Shown: piece after piece, positions 9,089 to 18,790 of the stretch
How the letters are laid out: the number at the start of each line of letters is the position of its first letter
How positions within the stretch are numbered: the stretch's first letter is position 1
Virus record (IMG/VR): IMGVR_UViG_2597490201_000002
Location: 12,580 to 76,579 of that record
Source: a virus
Taxonomy: Duplodnaviria > Caudoviricetes
Strand: one strand, 5' to 3'
Length of the DNA: 64,000 bases
Position numbers and translations under genes: made by a program
Notes under the pieces: model-generated
What the model saw: the letters and a program-made list of their open reading frames with translations, nothing else
What the model was told of the DNA's origin: nothing
Database searches by the model: none

Positions 9089-9963
9089 CCGTTCCTCGTC
9101 CTACGCTTCGTTGGCACGGGGGGAAATGGCTGCTCGCGCCCTGGATCATCGGTCATTTCCCTGCGCACAGGGTATATGTCGAGCCCTATGGTGGGGCCGC
9201 GTCAGTCCTCATGCGCAAGCAGCGCTCATATGCCGAGATCTACAATGACCTCGACGATGACGCCGTGAACCTATTTCGCGTGCTGCAGGACGACACCCTT
9301 GCCGGCGCGCTCAAGCGTAAGCTCGAGCTCACTCCTTTTGCGCGAGCGGAATTTGAGATTGGCTGGGACGAGACGACCGATCCCGTCGAGCAGGCTCGGC
9401 GCCTGATCATCAGAAGCTTCATGGGTTTCGGCTCTAACGCTCACTCCGACAAAGGGCGCGGGCACAAAACCACGGGCTTTAGGTCGAGTTCCAACCGATC
9501 GGGAACGACACCAGCGCACGATTGGCGCAACTATCCCGAAGCCCTTGCTGCCATGACCGACCGTTTGCGCGGGGTTATCGTGGAACGGCGCCCGGCACTA
9601 CAGGTGATGGAGACGCATGATGGGCTCGATGCGCTGCATTACGTGGACCCACCATATCTGCCCGAGACGCGGAACAGAGCTAACCCTTACGACCCAAAGC
9701 GCCAGTATCGGCACGAGCTATCGGTCACCGATCACGAAGACCTGCTGAGCTTTCTTGCCACGTTGAAGGGCATGGTCGTGCTGTCGGGGTACCCTTCGCC
9801 TCTCTACGACGATGCGCTGCAGGACTGGCGCCGGGTTGAGCGCGAAGCTCTGGCCGACGGCGCCCGCCCACGGACTGAAGTTCTCTGGATCAATCCAAGA
9901 TGCGCTGCCGAACTGGACCGCCAGTCCGCGCAACTGTCGCTGCTGGAAGACGCCTATGACTGA
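9085..9963 (+). CDS. Dam/D12-class adenine methyltransferase
   Basis: WHGGK, EPYGGAASV, YND, DPPY. Confidence 0.93.
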   Translation: MTVPRPTLRWHGGKWLLAPWIIGHFPAHRVYVEPYGGAASVLMRKQRSYAEIYNDLDDDAVNLFRVLQDDTLAGALKRKLELTPFARAEFEIGWDETTDPVEQARRLIIRSFMGFGSNAHSDKGRGHKTTGFRSSSNRSGTTPAHDWRNYPEALAAMTDRLRGVIVERRPALQVMETHDGLDALHYVDPPYLPETRNRANPYDPKRQYRHELSVTDHEDLLSFLATLKGMVVLSGYPSPLYDDALQDWRRVEREALADGARPRTEVLWINPRCAAELDRQSAQLSLLEDAYD

Positions 9964-12349
9964 CCGCTTCTCCGACGCATTCCTGCAGCGCATTAAGGAC
10001 AAGGTGCCGATCACCGAACTGATCGGTCAGTACGTAGCCTGGGATCCGACCAAGTCGATGCCGGGCAGGGGCGATATGTGGGCTTGCTGCCCGTTCCACA
10101 GTGAGGCCGATCCGTCCTTCCACGCCCTTGAAAAGGAGGGGTTCTTCAAGTGCTTCGTCTGCGGCGACGGGTATAGCGGCGACCACTTCCAATTCCTCCG
10201 GCTTCACATGGGCATGGAGTTTGTCGACGCCGTGAAGCTCGTGGCAGAGATGGCCGGCGAAAGCCTGCCAGACGATCCGGGGTCGCCTTCGTCGCGGCCT
10301 GCGCGCGCCCCTGCGCCACGACCGGAACCACGGCAAGAGCAGCAACCCGAGGCGCCACAGCCAAAACGCGAGCGCCAGGGCAAGTGGACGCTGTTCAAGA
10401 CCTACGACTATGAGGATGGCGACGGCACGCTGATTTACCAAAACTGCCGCATCCAGTTCAAAATGCCGGACGGCTCGTGGGAGCTAGATCCGAAGACCGG
10501 CAAGCCAGACAAGGATTTCCGCCAGCGCCGACCATCAGGTCTGCCTGATGGCTCGTGGGTTTGGGGCCTGAAGGCCGGCAAGTTCATGCGCATTCGCAAG
10601 GGCGATGATTTCCTTAAATACGACACGGATCTCCACGCCCGATACCCTCAGGCAGAGCTGCTGACGCTCGACGAGGATGTGCCTCACGGGCTCTACCGGC
10701 GGCGCCAGGTCGAACTGGCGATTGAGGCTGGCAAGACGATCTTCATCCTCGAAGGCGAGAAAGCGGTCGATTGCGGCGTAGAGCTTGGTATCGACCCGAC
10801 CAGCAACAGCGGCGGCGGCGAGAACTTCGATCAGTCGCTGGTCGCGGTTTTCCGCGGCGCTGACGTCGTCATCATCCCCGACAACGACGCACAGATGACC
10901 GACAAGAAGACTGGGGAACCGCTGTTCCATTCCGACGGTCGACCGCGCATCAAGGGCAAGGACCATGCCGAGAAGGTTGCCGCGATGCTCCGCCGTGTGG
11001 CGCGCTCGGTGAAGGTCTTGGAGCTGCCGAATATCCCGCTCAAGGGCGACCTGGTGGAATGGGTGCAGCAGGGCGGGACATTGGTCAAGCTGTTGGAGCT
11101 GGCTGCCGCATTGCCGGTCTGGCGGCCGCGCCGGCCGGTCTCACAGTTCGGGGCCGTTGGCGTCCATGACCTGCACCGCAAAGATCTGCAGCACGAGTTC
11201 CTTATCGATGATTTCCTCGACCGTCAGGGCGTTGTTATGGTTCCCGGCTCGTCAGGATCCGGCAAGACGTTTCTCATTCTGGAGATGTGCGGCAACATCG
11301 CAATGGGCTGGGATTTCTGGGGCATGAAGACGCTTCCGGGTCTCGTGCTGTACCAAGCTGGCGAGGGCAAGCAGGGCGTTGCTAAGCGCATCGATGGCTG
11401 GTTGCTGGACCGCGGAATTGAGGACCGCAGCAATATCCCATTCGAGGTTCTGACGCGACGCATCAACCTCTTCGTCGACGACAAGGATACCGACGAGCTC
11501 ATAGCGGAGGGCCGCCGCTGGGCCGAATACTACGACTTGCCCATCCGGATGGTCGTCATCGACACCTTCAACAAGGCAATCACTGGCGCCAATGAAAATG
11601 CGGGGCAGGACATGACGAAGGTGCTGGCCCGACTTGAGAGGATTTCGGTTGAGCTGGACTGCGCGGTTGTGGTGCCAATTCACAAGAGCGCCGAAGGCAA
11701 GATGCGCGGCCACACCTCCTTAACGGGAGACGTGGCGAACGTCCTCAACGTCACCGAGCTCGAAATCCGGGACCAGAACCAGCGCATTATCCGAACAGCC
11801 CAGCTCGACAAGAACAAGGATGGCGAGAAGGGGCCTCCACACCGGTTCGTCCTTCGCCAGGTCCCGGTTGGCGAAAAGCCTGATGGCAAGCCGATCACTA
11901 CATGCGTCGTCGATCGCCCGAATGGTGACGAAAACGGACTCGTCGCCGAGGGCAAGCTGTCCGCAAACCAGACGATTTTCTTGCGGGTCTTGCGCGACGC
12001 GATCGACATTGAGGGCATAGATGCCCCCATGAGCGTGGTGGGCGTGCCGCGCGGTAAGCGCGTAATAGGCGCGAAGGCCTTCTTCGACAGGCTCTGGCGT
12101 AAGTGGCCATTCACAACACCGGATAACGAGCCCGAGAACCGGAAGAAAGAGTTCGACCGTGCGGTCGGCGTAGCCGGTAAGGCCCTCGTGCTGCACGGCT
12201 ACGTCGAGCGCGATAACGACGCAAAGCTCATTTGGTGGACCGGTAAGTCCGACCGCACCGAGCGAAAGGCAAAGGCCGTCCCCGCTCCGGGGGCCGGCAT
12301 CGATCCCGCGGTTAAGCGCGAGATCTCTCAGATGGATGCCCCATTTTGA
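9956..12349 (+). CDS. Primase-helicase fusion (CHC2 zinc finger, TOPRIM, RecA/AAA_25 helicase)
   Basis: CPFH..C..C, EGEK..D, PDND, GSSGSGKT, VVIDT. Confidence 0.92.
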   Translation: MTDRFSDAFLQRIKDKVPITELIGQYVAWDPTKSMPGRGDMWACCPFHSEADPSFHALEKEGFFKCFVCGDGYSGDHFQFLRLHMGMEFVDAVKLVAEMAGESLPDDPGSPSSRPARAPAPRPEPRQEQQPEAPQPKRERQGKWTLFKTYDYEDGDGTLIYQNCRIQFKMPDGSWELDPKTGKPDKDFRQRRPSGLPDGSWVWGLKAGKFMRIRKGDDFLKYDTDLHARYPQAELLTLDEDVPHGLYRRRQVELAIEAGKTIFILEGEKAVDCGVELGIDPTSNSGGGENFDQSLVAVFRGADVVIIPDNDAQMTDKKTGEPLFHSDGRPRIKGKDHAEKVAAMLRRVARSVKVLELPNIPLKGDLVEWVQQGGTLVKLLELAAALPVWRPRRPVSQFGAVGVHDLHRKDLQHEFLIDDFLDRQGVVMVPGSSGSGKTFLILEMCGNIAMGWDFWGMKTLPGLVLYQAGEGKQGVAKRIDGWLLDRGIEDRSNIPFEVLTRRINLFVDDKDTDELIAEGRRWAEYYDLPIRMVVIDTFNKAITGANENAGQDMTKVLARLERISVELDCAVVVPIHKSAEGKMRGHTSLTGDVANVLNVTELEIRDQNQRIIRTAQLDKNKDGEKGPPHRFVLRQVPVGEKPDGKPITTCVVDRPNGDENGLVAEGKLSANQTIFLRVLRDAIDIEGIDAPMSVVGVPRGKRVIGAKAFFDRLWRKWPFTTPDNEPENRKKEFDRAVGVAGKALVLHGYVERDNDAKLIWWTGKSDRTERKAKAVPAPGAGIDPAVKREISQMDAPF

Positions 12350-12753
12350 AGAACCGAGGAGATAAGCGGCCGATGCTGAGCATTCGTCGTACCAGCCGCA
12401 ATCGTGGCGGCAATGCCTACACTGAGACCCGGACGAACGCCTGGGCGGGGATGCTCGGCTTTCTCACCGGCCGAGGGTACTCGTCGGTGGCCATAGCCGA
12501 AGTGCTGGGCGAGGGGACCACTTCGGAGACCGTGCGCAGCATGTGGACGAAGTGGGGCTTCCGCGGCCGTGGTTTGAAGAGCAGGGAAGTCAGCCTTCAG
12601 GTGCCGTTTAGGGAACGGGAAAGGGCCCATATCGCGGCCCGCGCCGCGCAGCACGACTTGTCCCCCGAAGAATACTGCAGGCGCATCATGTTGTGCGCGT
12701 CGATGCCCCGGGATCGGTATGACGAAATTGTGCCGGCCGACCAATTCGAATAA
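12346..12753 (+). CDS. Putative HTH protein
   Basis: GYSSVAIAEVLG..TSETVRSM; start uncertain. Confidence 0.55.
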   Translation: MKNRGDKRPMLSIRRTSRNRGGNAYTETRTNAWAGMLGFLTGRGYSSVAIAEVLGEGTTSETVRSMWTKWGFRGRGLKSREVSLQVPFRERERAHIAARAAQHDLSPEEYCRRIMLCASMPRDRYDEIVPADQFE

Positions 12754-12809
12754 TTCATCCTTCGCGCTAAATATGTTCTCCAAGGTCCTTTGAGGAAATA
12801 CGAATCGCC

Positions 12810-13346
12810 ATGAAATCTGCGGCTCTGCTGATCCGACGAGAGGACGTGACTGACCTTCCTGACCGTGCCGGCGGGAAAGAGCCTCTTTGGACACCTAAGC
12901 TCGTCAAGGCTGCGCTGGTCGAAGCCTATGAGGTCTATCGCTACAGCATGGGCCGCGTTGGCCATAAGGCCAGCAAGGCGGCCTGGCCAAGCTATTATCG
13001 GGAATGGGGCGACTGGATCGAGCAGGCGGAGACCAGCGGCAGCGATGCCGTACGCCGCCGGCGGCGCCCCAGCGGTATCGACATCCAGCGTGCGGACACG
13101 GTTCTGCTTGGCTGGACGGATCATGCGGGCGTCCAGCATCCGGCCTGGTTGAATGGAGATGTCACCGAATACGAGCGAGCCCGCAAAAGCCTGGTGGCGT
13201 GGGTGATGGCCAAGCATCATGGTGTGCCGGAAGTGGCGCTCTGCCAGCGGTGCAACTGGCCGCTCGCCACATTCAAGCGTCACAAAGACTTTGCGGCTGG
13301 TCGCATTGCGACTACCCTAAATCAGGCCGGGTTGGCGGTTTGGTAG
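12810..13346 (+). CDS. Putative late-gene regulator (Q-position protein), unit 1
   Basis: End of replication operon; C-terminal HTH-like segment; GAGG RBS. Confidence 0.5.
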   Translation: MKSAALLIRREDVTDLPDRAGGKEPLWTPKLVKAALVEAYEVYRYSMGRVGHKASKAAWPSYYREWGDWIEQAETSGSDAVRRRRRPSGIDIQRADTVLLGWTDHAGVQHPAWLNGDVTEYERARKSLVAWVMAKHHGVPEVALCQRCNWPLATFKRHKDFAAGRIATTLNQAGLAVW

Positions 13347-13351
13347 GGGCA

Positions 13352-13720
13352 ATGGCGGGTTTGACGAGGGGCCAGCAGCGCGTGCTGGCATTCATCCAAG
13401 AGACTATCTTCGAGACGGGTGTCGCGCCGAGCTACGAAGAGATCGGTGCTGGTCTAGGTTATGCGAGCAAGAGCGTTGTTCATCGCATAGTCCAGCAGCT
13501 CGTCGAGCGCGGAGCGATTTCCATTCTTCCCAATCGAACGCGCTCCATTCAACTCCTGGGCCACCATCGTCATAAACGCTGGGTGGAGGTGCCTGCTGAG
13601 CCTCCAGCCGGCGAGCTTGACGAGGCACGTGCGGCGGCAGAAACCGCTCGTGCTCAAGGTGAAGACCCGTACTGGGTGTTCTGGCAGGCTATGCTTGATC
13701 GATACCAGCGGGAGTCTTAG
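13352..13720 (+). CDS. LexA-type winged-HTH protein without peptidase
   Basis: LTRGQQRVLAFI...GVAPSYEEIG..LGYASKSVVHRIVQQLVERGAI. Confidence 0.82.
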   Translation: MAGLTRGQQRVLAFIQETIFETGVAPSYEEIGAGLGYASKSVVHRIVQQLVERGAISILPNRTRSIQLLGHHRHKRWVEVPAEPPAGELDEARAAAETARAQGEDPYWVFWQAMLDRYQRES

Positions 13721-14487
13721 TGGGCCGCAACGTCGCTGACGTCGACCCCAGGGAAGCTTGGACCGAACATCTCCCGGCCTGCGGGCCCAATCTGGGAATT
13801 TAGGTCGATTGCCGCCTTCAGCATTGCCTCAGCGCGAGGCTTAATCTGCTGGATAAGGCTTTCCATCTCCACAGTATGCGGCCGAATTTTAGCCTCTGTT
13901 TCGGGAGTGGCCGGCGTGTAGAGCAAGGTGCCGTCGGCCGATGTCGCTGAAAGCATGTCTTTCAGGTTGGCCCGCAACTTGTTGTATAGGTCAACGCTGT
14001 CGTTGAGCACTTCGTGTTGCATTGTCAGTTCGACATACTTCGACACCAGGTCATATTTCCTGGCATCGATGAATGGGAGTAGCTCGTCAATCTCTAACGG
14101 CTGCAACCGGGACCCGCCAACGACGCCAGCAATTCTTGCCCAAAGTGGCGCGCCCGTAAGCCGGTGCTGATTGGCCTTATCGAGCTGATTGTGGATCGCA
14201 TCGACTGTCGACTTCACGTCATTGAGCATAATTGAAGCACGCATCATCAGTTTGATCGCATTTGCCCGAGCGATAGCGGTTCGATCCGCCTCCGCTTGCT
14301 TTGCGGCGTCCTTAGCGGCATTGTTTTGCAGCTTGGCCGAGATCGCGCCGCCGACTACCGCGCCGATAACTGCACCGGCCAGACCAGAGCCGATCGCTAC
14401 CCAGTCCGATATTGCAAAGCCCAGCCACAGTTCAGGCGACGAACTCTCGTAGAAGATGGGCAGCCAGGGGCCAAGCTCAGTCGTCAT
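13717..14487 (-). CDS. Membrane-anchored helical protein
   Basis: N-terminal glycine-rich TM segment; last gene of leftward operon. Confidence 0.7.
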   Translation of the reverse strand: MTTELGPWLPIFYESSSPELWLGFAISDWVAIGSGLAGAVIGAVVGGAISAKLQNNAAKDAAKQAEADRTAIARANAIKLMMRASIMLNDVKSTVDAIHNQLDKANQHRLTGAPLWARIAGVVGGSRLQPLEIDELLPFIDARKYDLVSKYVELTMQHEVLNDSVDLYNKLRANLKDMLSATSADGTLLYTPATPETEAKIRPHTVEMESLIQQIKPRAEAMLKAAIDLNSQIGPAGREMFGPSFPGVDVSDVAAH

Positions 14488-15881
14488 AGGATACCTGCCA
14501 TAAGTGATAGGGCGCCCGCTGCTGCAATCAAGGCGAGACCGGTCATCAGGGTTCTTAGGTGGTGCGAACCGCGGGCAGCTTGAAGCGTCGTCAACGGCGC
14601 CAACACATCGTCCATCGACATGGGCGCGCGCTCGCGTACTTCCGTCTCGGGGAGGGGGCTGAGGCCACGCGCCGCACGCTGGCGGTTCTGGAATTCCCAG
14701 ATGTAGCGCGCTCCTTCGGTCACCGACGGGTACTTGGCGCGGAAAGGCGAATTGGCTATGGCTTCATCGCGCTCAAGGTCGGATAGCGGCCCAAGCTGGC
14801 CACTCGGCTTGGCGACCTTGATGCGCTCAACCGGCATCGGCACGCCGTCGTCCACAAGCGTGGACACCAGTGCTTCGCCGACGCCCATGGACAGCACGGC
14901 CTCTTCCACATTGATTGCCTTGTTCGGGCGGAACGCACGGGCCGCCGCCTTTACAAAACGCTGCTCCTTCGGCGTGTAGGCGCGCAGCGCGTGCTGGACG
15001 CGGTTACCGAGCTGGGCAAGGACATTGTCCGGCACGTCGGCCGGCGACTGGGTGACGAAGTAGACGCCAACGCCGCGCGATCGCACCAGGCGAACAATGC
15101 GCTCGATGGACTCGAGCAGGTGCTTGGGCGCGTCCTTAAAGAGTAGATGGGCTTCGTCGAAGAAGAAGACGAGCTTGGGCTTATCGAGGTCACCGGCCTC
15201 CGGCAGCCGCCGGAACAATTCCGTCAGCAGCCAGAAGATGAGCGAGCCGTAGAGCTTCGGGGCTTCCATGAGGTCGTCGGCGTGTAGGAGGTTGACCACC
15301 CCCTTGCCATCGACCTCTCGAATGAAGTCGGAAATCTTAAACGGCGGCTCGCCGAAGAGCCGCGCGCCGCCCTGTTGCTCAAGCGTGAGGATATTGCGCT
15401 GGATGGTGGCGATGGAGGACGCGGTGATGTTCCCGTAGACCTGGCACACGGTTTCGCGGTCGTCCTGCATGTCCTGCAATTGCCAGCGCAGATCGTCCAG
15501 CGACAGGAGGAAATCGGATTGATCCTCGGCGCGCTTCAGCGCGATTGCCAGCGTTCCCGCCTGGGTATCGTTGAGGCTGAGCATTCGGGCGAGGAGAACC
15601 GGGCCCATCTCCTGCACGCTGGCGCGGATCGGGTGGCCTTTGCGGCCGAACACGTCCCAGAAGGTGACCGGGGCGGCCGTGGCGATGCCCGAGAGGTCGC
15701 CTTTAACGTCCGCTGCGAACACCGGCACGCCGGCCGCCGAGAACTCCTCGGCCATGCGCTGCAGCGTCACCGTCTTGCCGGTGCCGGTGGCGCCAGTGAT
15801 CAGGCCATGGCGGTTGGCGAAGCGGAGGGGAAGGGCGATAGACGTGGCGGCATCGGTCTTGCCGATCGAGATCGCAGTCAT
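14484..15881 (-). CDS. HerA-like ATPase (DUF853/YjgR family)
   Basis: ANRHGLITGATGTGKTVTLQ, FFFDEAHLLF, QLGNRVQHALRAYTP; C-terminal hydrophobic tail. Confidence 0.92.
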   Translation of the reverse strand: MTAISIGKTDAATSIALPLRFANRHGLITGATGTGKTVTLQRMAEEFSAAGVPVFAADVKGDLSGIATAAPVTFWDVFGRKGHPIRASVQEMGPVLLARMLSLNDTQAGTLAIALKRAEDQSDFLLSLDDLRWQLQDMQDDRETVCQVYGNITASSIATIQRNILTLEQQGGARLFGEPPFKISDFIREVDGKGVVNLLHADDLMEAPKLYGSLIFWLLTELFRRLPEAGDLDKPKLVFFFDEAHLLFKDAPKHLLESIERIVRLVRSRGVGVYFVTQSPADVPDNVLAQLGNRVQHALRAYTPKEQRFVKAAARAFRPNKAINVEEAVLSMGVGEALVSTLVDDGVPMPVERIKVAKPSGQLGPLSDLERDEAIANSPFRAKYPSVTEGARYIWEFQNRQRAARGLSPLPETEVRERAPMSMDDVLAPLTTLQAARGSHHLRTLMTGLALIAAAGALSLMAGIL

Positions 15882-16105
15882 AGCACACCTTCGTTGTCGA
15901 AAGGGTCGCAGCTCAAACGGTCGGCAAGGTCGCGAACCTGTGCTGAAGTCAGTGCGGGGTGTGCTCCGTTACTGGTTGCAAGGGCAGCCACCGGCCCGCT
16001 CAGACTAGATGCCTCAGCCAGAAGGGCTAGCCCTGCCAGCACGGCGCCCGCCTCGGCGTCAGTGAGGTGTCGGAACGGGTGATCCTCGCCATCGGTTTCA
16101 GCCAT
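15878..16105 (-). CDS. Hypothetical protein
   Basis: AAGGAG RBS, coupled in operon. Confidence 0.55.
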   Translation of the reverse strand: MAETDGEDHPFRHLTDAEAGAVLAGLALLAEASSLSGPVAALATSNGAHPALTSAQVRDLADRLSCDPFDNEGVL

Positions 16106-16355
16106 TGCTTTCCTCCTTCGCAAACTTCTGCGCCACCGCGCTTGCCATCGGCAGTGCGCCCGGCAGGGTGAAGAGCGCCAGGGTGACCGGCACCCAATTG
16201 GGGATGTCCTTTTCGTCTGCCAGCCAGCGCTCGGCCGTCTTAACGCCCGTGCCTGTTAGGCGGCAGAACTCGCGCAGCGTCAGCTTGTTCTGATTGAGCG
16301 CGGCCGAGAATTGCTCGGGGGTCATCCGGTTCGGTGCGCGTGGGTAGTCTGTCAA
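16098..16355 (-). CDS. Small HTH protein
   Basis: MTPEQF..AL....LT..EF.RLTG....T.ERW; GGAGG RBS before TTG. Confidence 0.65.
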   Translation of the reverse strand: MTDYPRAPNRMTPEQFSAALNQNKLTLREFCRLTGTGVKTAERWLADEKDIPNWVPVTLALFTLPGALPMASAVAQKFAKEESNG

Positions 16356-16423
16356 AGTGGCCCCTCCTTCGTGGTTGGCATAAGCGCCTGGGCTTGGTGG
16401 TCCGCGTATATTGCCACCGGGCA

Positions 16424-16708
16424 TTAGGAGCCGTAAATCGGCAAATCGGGTATCTGTTCGGCGTCGTGGTCGAACAGGATGTATTCGGCGCCGAGCGTGC
16501 GCGCTCGGTCGCACACCAGCAAAAGGTCGGGCGGGAAGTCCGAAGGGGCATAGTCGACCGGCACACGGCACCACCAGCCGTGATTGTGCTGGGCGACGTG
16601 CCAGTACGCGCCCCCGGCATCGAAGTTCAGTGCCGCCTGGTCGGAGAGCCATCTGTGAGTGGCGTTGCCGACATGAGTGCTGGAAAGATCGAGGAATTGG
16701 CGGATCAT
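16424..16708 (-). CDS. Conserved phage hypothetical protein
   Basis: LDLSSTHV...YILFDHDA; coupled in operon. Confidence 0.7.
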   Translation of the reverse strand: MIRQFLDLSSTHVGNATHRWLSDQAALNFDAGGAYWHVAQHNHGWWCRVPVDYAPSDFPPDLLLVCDRARTLGAEYILFDHDAEQIPDLPIYGS

Positions 16709-17142
16709 TGTGCGCCCTCCTGTAGGGCGGCGGTGGCCGTGTTTGCGCGGATCAGGGTTTCGGTCGATTGCTTTGCCGTCAGCCGGTTCCCAGCTATCTG
16801 CGCGTCCAGCTCTTCTCTCAGCCGTGCATTATCGGCGGAGAGAGAGGTGAGGAGGGCGGCAATACGGACGCCCTCGAACGACGAAAGGTGAATCTCACCA
16901 TCGAACTCTTCGCCGTTGCGGCGGGCGAGCAATTTCACCATCTCCCCCACTTCCCCTTCCAGGGAGGGTTGAGCGGCAGAGATCAGTTCGCGGAACTTTA
17001 CGCGCCACCAGAAAGCTCGCGCGGCCGGGGCATCGTCAGGCGCATCGCCAAACCAATGCCCGTTGGCGTCGGGGCCTTCCCCCATTAGCCATTTCAACGC
17101 GCTTTCTGGCACCAGCACCATATTGGCTACAGGCTTATCCAT
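16705..17142 (-). CDS. Hypothetical early protein
   Basis: Coupled ORF in leftward operon. Confidence 0.6.
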   Translation of the reverse strand: MDKPVANMVLVPESALKWLMGEGPDANGHWFGDAPDDAPAARAFWWRVKFRELISAAQPSLEGEVGEMVKLLARRNGEEFDGEIHLSSFEGVRIAALLTSLSADNARLREELDAQIAGNRLTAKQSTETLIRANTATAALQEGAQ

Positions 17143-17392
17143 GGGTGGGCTCCCGTTCGGCTAAGGCAGCCCGCAAAGCGTCCGTGCTTAACCCTTCCAT
17201 GAGGTTCCAGATTATGGCGATGCGCTCGGCTGCCTGATGCATCTCCTCATGAGAGAGCTTGTAGGAATAGGCTACAGTTGCCAGTCCCTCGCCGGAAGCG
17301 AAGCGCACCGACCGGTGGCCGTCCCACACTGCTTTCTGGATGTGCATAGGGTTGTTGTGCCCGAAGAGTGGTTCGGTGTTTTCCGTGGCCAT
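17135..17392 (-). CDS. Hypothetical early protein
   Basis: AGGAGG RBS, coupled. Confidence 0.6.
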   Translation of the reverse strand: MATENTEPLFGHNNPMHIQKAVWDGHRSVRFASGEGLATVAYSYKLSHEEMHQAAERIAIIWNLMEGLSTDALRAALAEREPTHG

Positions 17393-18024
17393 TACACGCC
17401 CTCCTGTGAGAGGGCGGCGATGAGGATTTCCCGCATGGCCGCGCTGTTTGTCAGAGTGTTGAGGTCTTTGCCTCTTTTTCGCGCAAGCGCTCGCTCCACC
17501 ATCTCCTCCGTCACCTTCCCCTCACAGACTGAAGGGGAGGGGAAAAGGGGATCAAGGGCGGACAGTTTGCCGTAGTATGGGCTGGCGGGGTGTTCAACAT
17601 CTGGACGCTTGAGGCCAAGACACCAATCTCCGGTCGGCCCCCATTTCCAGCGCCACGCCACCGGTTCTTGTTCCTGCTCGATGGTGGAGAGAATGCGGTC
17701 GTCGTGATAATCTTGGGCAAGAGACTGCGCGGACTTCTCAGTGTCCCCATAAATTTGAAGCGCTGTGCCATTGAGGCGAACCGACCATTTAGGGGCCGGA
17801 GCCTCATAGTGATGGAGGGAAAACAAGCCCAAAATGCTTGAGGCTTCACCTTGTTCCCACTCCAGCCCCTTCACCTTCACCACACCCCGAGGGATAGCGC
17901 GGAGGGATTGGAGTTCGGTGAGGACGGCGGAAATGTCGCTGGATGGCAGGCTGACATAGAGGCCGTCTGCCGGCGTTCCTACCATATGCTGAAGTTCGCC
18001 CAGCCGTTCATCCGATATCGTCAT
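17392..18024 (-). CDS. Hypothetical early protein
   Basis: AGGAG RBS; mosaic motifs VKGLEW and EPVAWRW typical of phage early genes. Confidence 0.65.
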   Translation of the reverse strand: MTISDERLGELQHMVGTPADGLYVSLPSSDISAVLTELQSLRAIPRGVVKVKGLEWEQGEASSILGLFSLHHYEAPAPKWSVRLNGTALQIYGDTEKSAQSLAQDYHDDRILSTIEQEQEPVAWRWKWGPTGDWCLGLKRPDVEHPASPYYGKLSALDPLFPSPSVCEGKVTEEMVERALARKRGKDLNTLTNSAAMREILIAALSQEGV

Positions 18025-18392
18025 TTGGAGGACTCCTGAAGGGAGAGGAGAAGGGCGAGGCAGAGGGCGAGGGGCCAAGTGTCATGGTCTGCTGTCGCGG
18101 CCGGACCAGAAATGGCGACAATCTGAGCGCGCACCGATCCATCGTCTGGGTTGTCAAAGACCCGCTTCATGCACCCCGGAAGCTTCTTCTCGATCAAGGC
18201 AGTGATGGCGTCGATGGCGGCGGTAAAGTGAGGCGGAGCAGTCGTGCCCTCGATGTCGCGGAGAGCATATTCGATGTCCACGGTGCCCCATTCTCCTGCC
18301 TGGGCGACGAGTGCAAGGATCAGCAGGTCAATGGTTCGATCCGGTCCCTCTGCCTTCCTCACTCTCTCGAAAAGGTCTGATAGGTCTGTCAT
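18021..18392 (-). CDS. Conserved phage hypothetical protein
   Basis: GPDRTID...FTAAIDA...LALCLALL pattern. Confidence 0.65.
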   Translation of the reverse strand: MTDLSDLFERVRKAEGPDRTIDLLILALVAQAGEWGTVDIEYALRDIEGTTAPPHFTAAIDAITALIEKKLPGCMKRVFDNPDDGSVRAQIVAISGPAATADHDTWPLALCLALLLSLQESSK

Positions 18393-18790
18393 TGCTGGGG
18401 AGCCTCCACGATTTGGCCGGTGGCGCGGTCAACCCAAACGCCTCGAGCTCGGGAATACTTGATGCGGGCGCCGGGCAGTGTGCCGGGCTGGGAAATGCCG
18501 AGATGGCGCGTTGCGACCCGCTTGCCCTTGGCCTGCATCGGCACGTCATAGGTCGCGGTCTTATGGCCATGGCATTTGGTGCAGCAGGCAACGGCATTTT
18601 CGAGGACATCGCTGCCTTCGTCCGTCGCTGGAATTGGATAGTGGTCTATCTCGACGCGCTTGCCCGCCAGAGCGGCATTGCAGCGCTGACCGGGCGGAAG
18701 GCCATAGACCTCGCCAACGGCCTCGCAGTGTCCACCGGAGCGCTCGTGCGCCTGCCGTTTGACCTTGGCGGAGAAGTTATGCCGGGGCAT
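18389..18790 (-). CDS. HNH endonuclease
   Basis: CE...C, EIDH, N....CTKCH..K. Confidence 0.82.
   Translation of the reverse strand: MPRHNFSAKVKRQAHERSGGHCEAVGEVYGLPPGQRCNAALAGKRVEIDHYPIPATDEGSDVLENAVACCTKCHGHKTATYDVPMQAKGKRVATRHLGISQPGTLPGARIKYSRARGVWVDRATGQIVEAPQQ

Noticed and set aside
4760-9963. Restriction-modification system
   Set aside because: No recognisable cognate endonuclease; context is a phage early operon
12765-12790. Possible LexA box before 12810
   Set aside because: Only one good GTTC half-site and wrong spacing to GTCC
13600-13800. att site or integrase at the junction of the two units
   Set aside because: Convergent genes overlap with no intergenic space; no recombinase motifs found in the window
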